A stretch of DNA of 63,011 bases, filler included, from Collodictyon triciliatum (Eukaryota): assembly GCA_043381765.1 (NCBI GenBank). It is 11 parts of 11 records of this genome, joined end to end, with 100 filler letters (N's around TTAATTAATTAA, not from the genome) between each part and the next. Parts side by side here need not be neighbours in the genome. Positions count along the whole stretch, not along the records: positions 61,236 to 63,011 come from JBHJMP010004573.1; 10 more parts are not named here. The stretch is one strand, 5' to 3'. Positions 61,363 to 63,011 of this stretch are shown one piece after another. Every line of letters begins with the position of its first letter. The stretch's first letter is position 1. The position numbers and the translations under genes are program-made. The notes under the pieces are model-generated. The model was not told the DNA's origin and did not search any database. It was given only the letters and a program-made list of their open reading frames with translations.

Positions 61363-62684
61363 TACCTCAACTTCACCCATCTCGATGCGAGTACCCAGGG
61401 GCATTTGGATTGCAAATACTGTGTGGTCTTTGGCCAGACTGCAGTTCTTGATTTCACTTGATCGGAGGAATACCCTAGTTTATTTATTGATTTATTAGTA
61501 TTATTTTTCCTTTATTCGGTTCAAATATTATCGGTAGTAGTATCATTATTGAGATTGATTTAATGCATTTGTCTGGAAAATACACCATTTAAAATGGTTT
61601 CTTTTAAAAAGGATGAATTTGGATACCCTTCTTGCTCCCGAATAGCTTTGGCCTTTTCTGCCTCCTTCCTAATTAACTCATCTAGCATATGTTCCTCAGT
61701 TTTCAGCTTTCCCATCTCATCTTCTAATTTTAAAATTCTTGGGCAGCACTTGCCAAGATAGGGGAATTTGTCCCTTCTATTGAATGAACAAAGTTATTTA
61801 GATATAAAAATGTAATAAATAATTTAAATAAAAAGGCATTTCAAAGACCAACAACTACTTCATAGAAATACGTCTTTTTTATTTAAAAAGTGAGAGAAAT
61901 GATTGGGACTTTAAATAATGTTGTATATATTAATGGACTGTGTACAACACTTGTTTAAAGGCAGGAAAAATTCGCGGTCATCAGATTTAGAAACTTTACT
62001 TCAGACTAGCTTTGTTCTTGGATATTTTTTCGAGATAACCTATTCCCTCCAGTACATTAATGATGTCGTAAATCCTACGTTTCTTGACATCCAGTATATT
62101 TGCCATATAATTGATATCGATTATGTCCTCTTCAGATTTCTGCATCATATCCATGAACCTTTTCGTAAGTTGCATCAGTGATGATTCTGACCGAAGATTT
62201 CCTTTTACTGTTATGAAGGGAACATCAAAGACTCATTCACTATAGCTGAAGAAAATGAAAATGAAAAATTGGCAGCACCAAATGGGGATTTCAAGCAACA
62301 TTGGTGATATAAGGGTAAAGTAGAAATACTTCTACCATCCAAACAGTTTGTCATACCTACAGTCGCAGAGCTGGATGGGATTGTACTCGAGTCTGTTATC
62401 TATTGTTCAGGCGATGTAAGACATGTGACATGTATAGCCTATACATGTTAATTGGGGGAACGAGAGAGAGGAAAAGAGGAAAAGAGGAAAAGCAAAACTC
62501 GACACACATAAACAAATCCTGAATGAGCTCTATATTTATTCCAGATGAGTGGAAGCGAAGGCAATATAAGGAAACATAATAAAACTGCGCATAATTGTTT
62601 GGGTGTGCAAAGAAGGTTGTCACTATACCGTGTGCCTCTCCACCTGCATCGAGTAGAGTCGAGAATGTGGTGGGTATCCTTCAT
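61363..62684 (-). CDS. E2F: E2F-family transcription factor, multi-exon, 3'-partial
   Basis: Winged helix RSESSLMQLTKRF...IIDINYMANILDVKKRRIYDIINVLEGIGYLEKISKN, coiled coil LEDEMGKLKTEEHMLDELI, and marked-box start HTVFAIQMPLGTRIE. Confidence 0.93.
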
Positions 62685-62747
62685 TCATGACACCCGACTA
62701 GATAAATGCCTTTGAAGTACAGTCGAACGCACTTTAGTCGATCGCAA

Positions 62748-63011
62748 CCTGTCTTTTTTTATGTGTCTTTTTCTTATGTGTCTTTTTTTATGTGTCTTTT
62801 TTTTATGTGTCTTTTTTTTATGTGTCTTTTTTTTATGTGTCTTTTTTTTATGTGTCTTTTTTTATGTGTCTTTTTTTTATGTGTCTTTTTTTATGTGTCT
62901 TTTTTATGTGTCTTTTTTATGTGTCTTTTTTATGTGTCTTTTTTTATGTGTCTTTTTTTATGTGTCTTTTTTTTATGTGTCTTTTTTTTATGTGTCTTTT
63001 TTTTATGTGTT
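62748..63011. repeat. Minisatellite (ATGTGTCTTTTTTT)n at the window end
   Basis: Tandem 13-15-bp units with a variable T-run. Confidence 0.95.

Overview
This window is not one locus. It is 11 short contigs (nine of about 6.36-6.37 kb) from an AT-rich, intron-dense eukaryote, joined by artificial 100-bp spacers (44 N + TTAATTAATTAA + 44 N). The organism is probably a flagellated protist, since one gene resembles an outer-dynein-arm docking protein. Most contigs carry fragments of ordinary spliced host genes: COPA, LARP1, TBC1D23, E2F, an RNPS1/SR45-like gene, an adenylate cyclase C-terminus, an HMG-box factor, a family-16 methyltransferase and tRNA-Pro. There are also LINE relics and microsatellites. 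The standout is contig 51746-58108, an intronless, tightly packed module that looks like a Polinton-like virus (PLV). It encodes a 533-aa double-jelly-roll-type major capsid protein, a 114-aa protein with an amphipathic N-terminus, a 44-aa membrane microprotein missed by the ORF track, and an unusual 1136-aa HeH / Gln-Asn coiled-coil / Pro-Gly protein. It also has hairpins overlapping stop codons, a shared AT-rich motif before start codons, and a perfect 44-bp palindrome near the presumed left end. Secondary points are an NLR-like NACHT-TPR gene with one TPR per 126-nt exon and recent exon+intron duplications, a caspase-fold protein with a catalytic His-to-Gln change, and a secreted NIDO + FG-GAP protein. 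All family calls come from motif recognition by eye; no database search was run.
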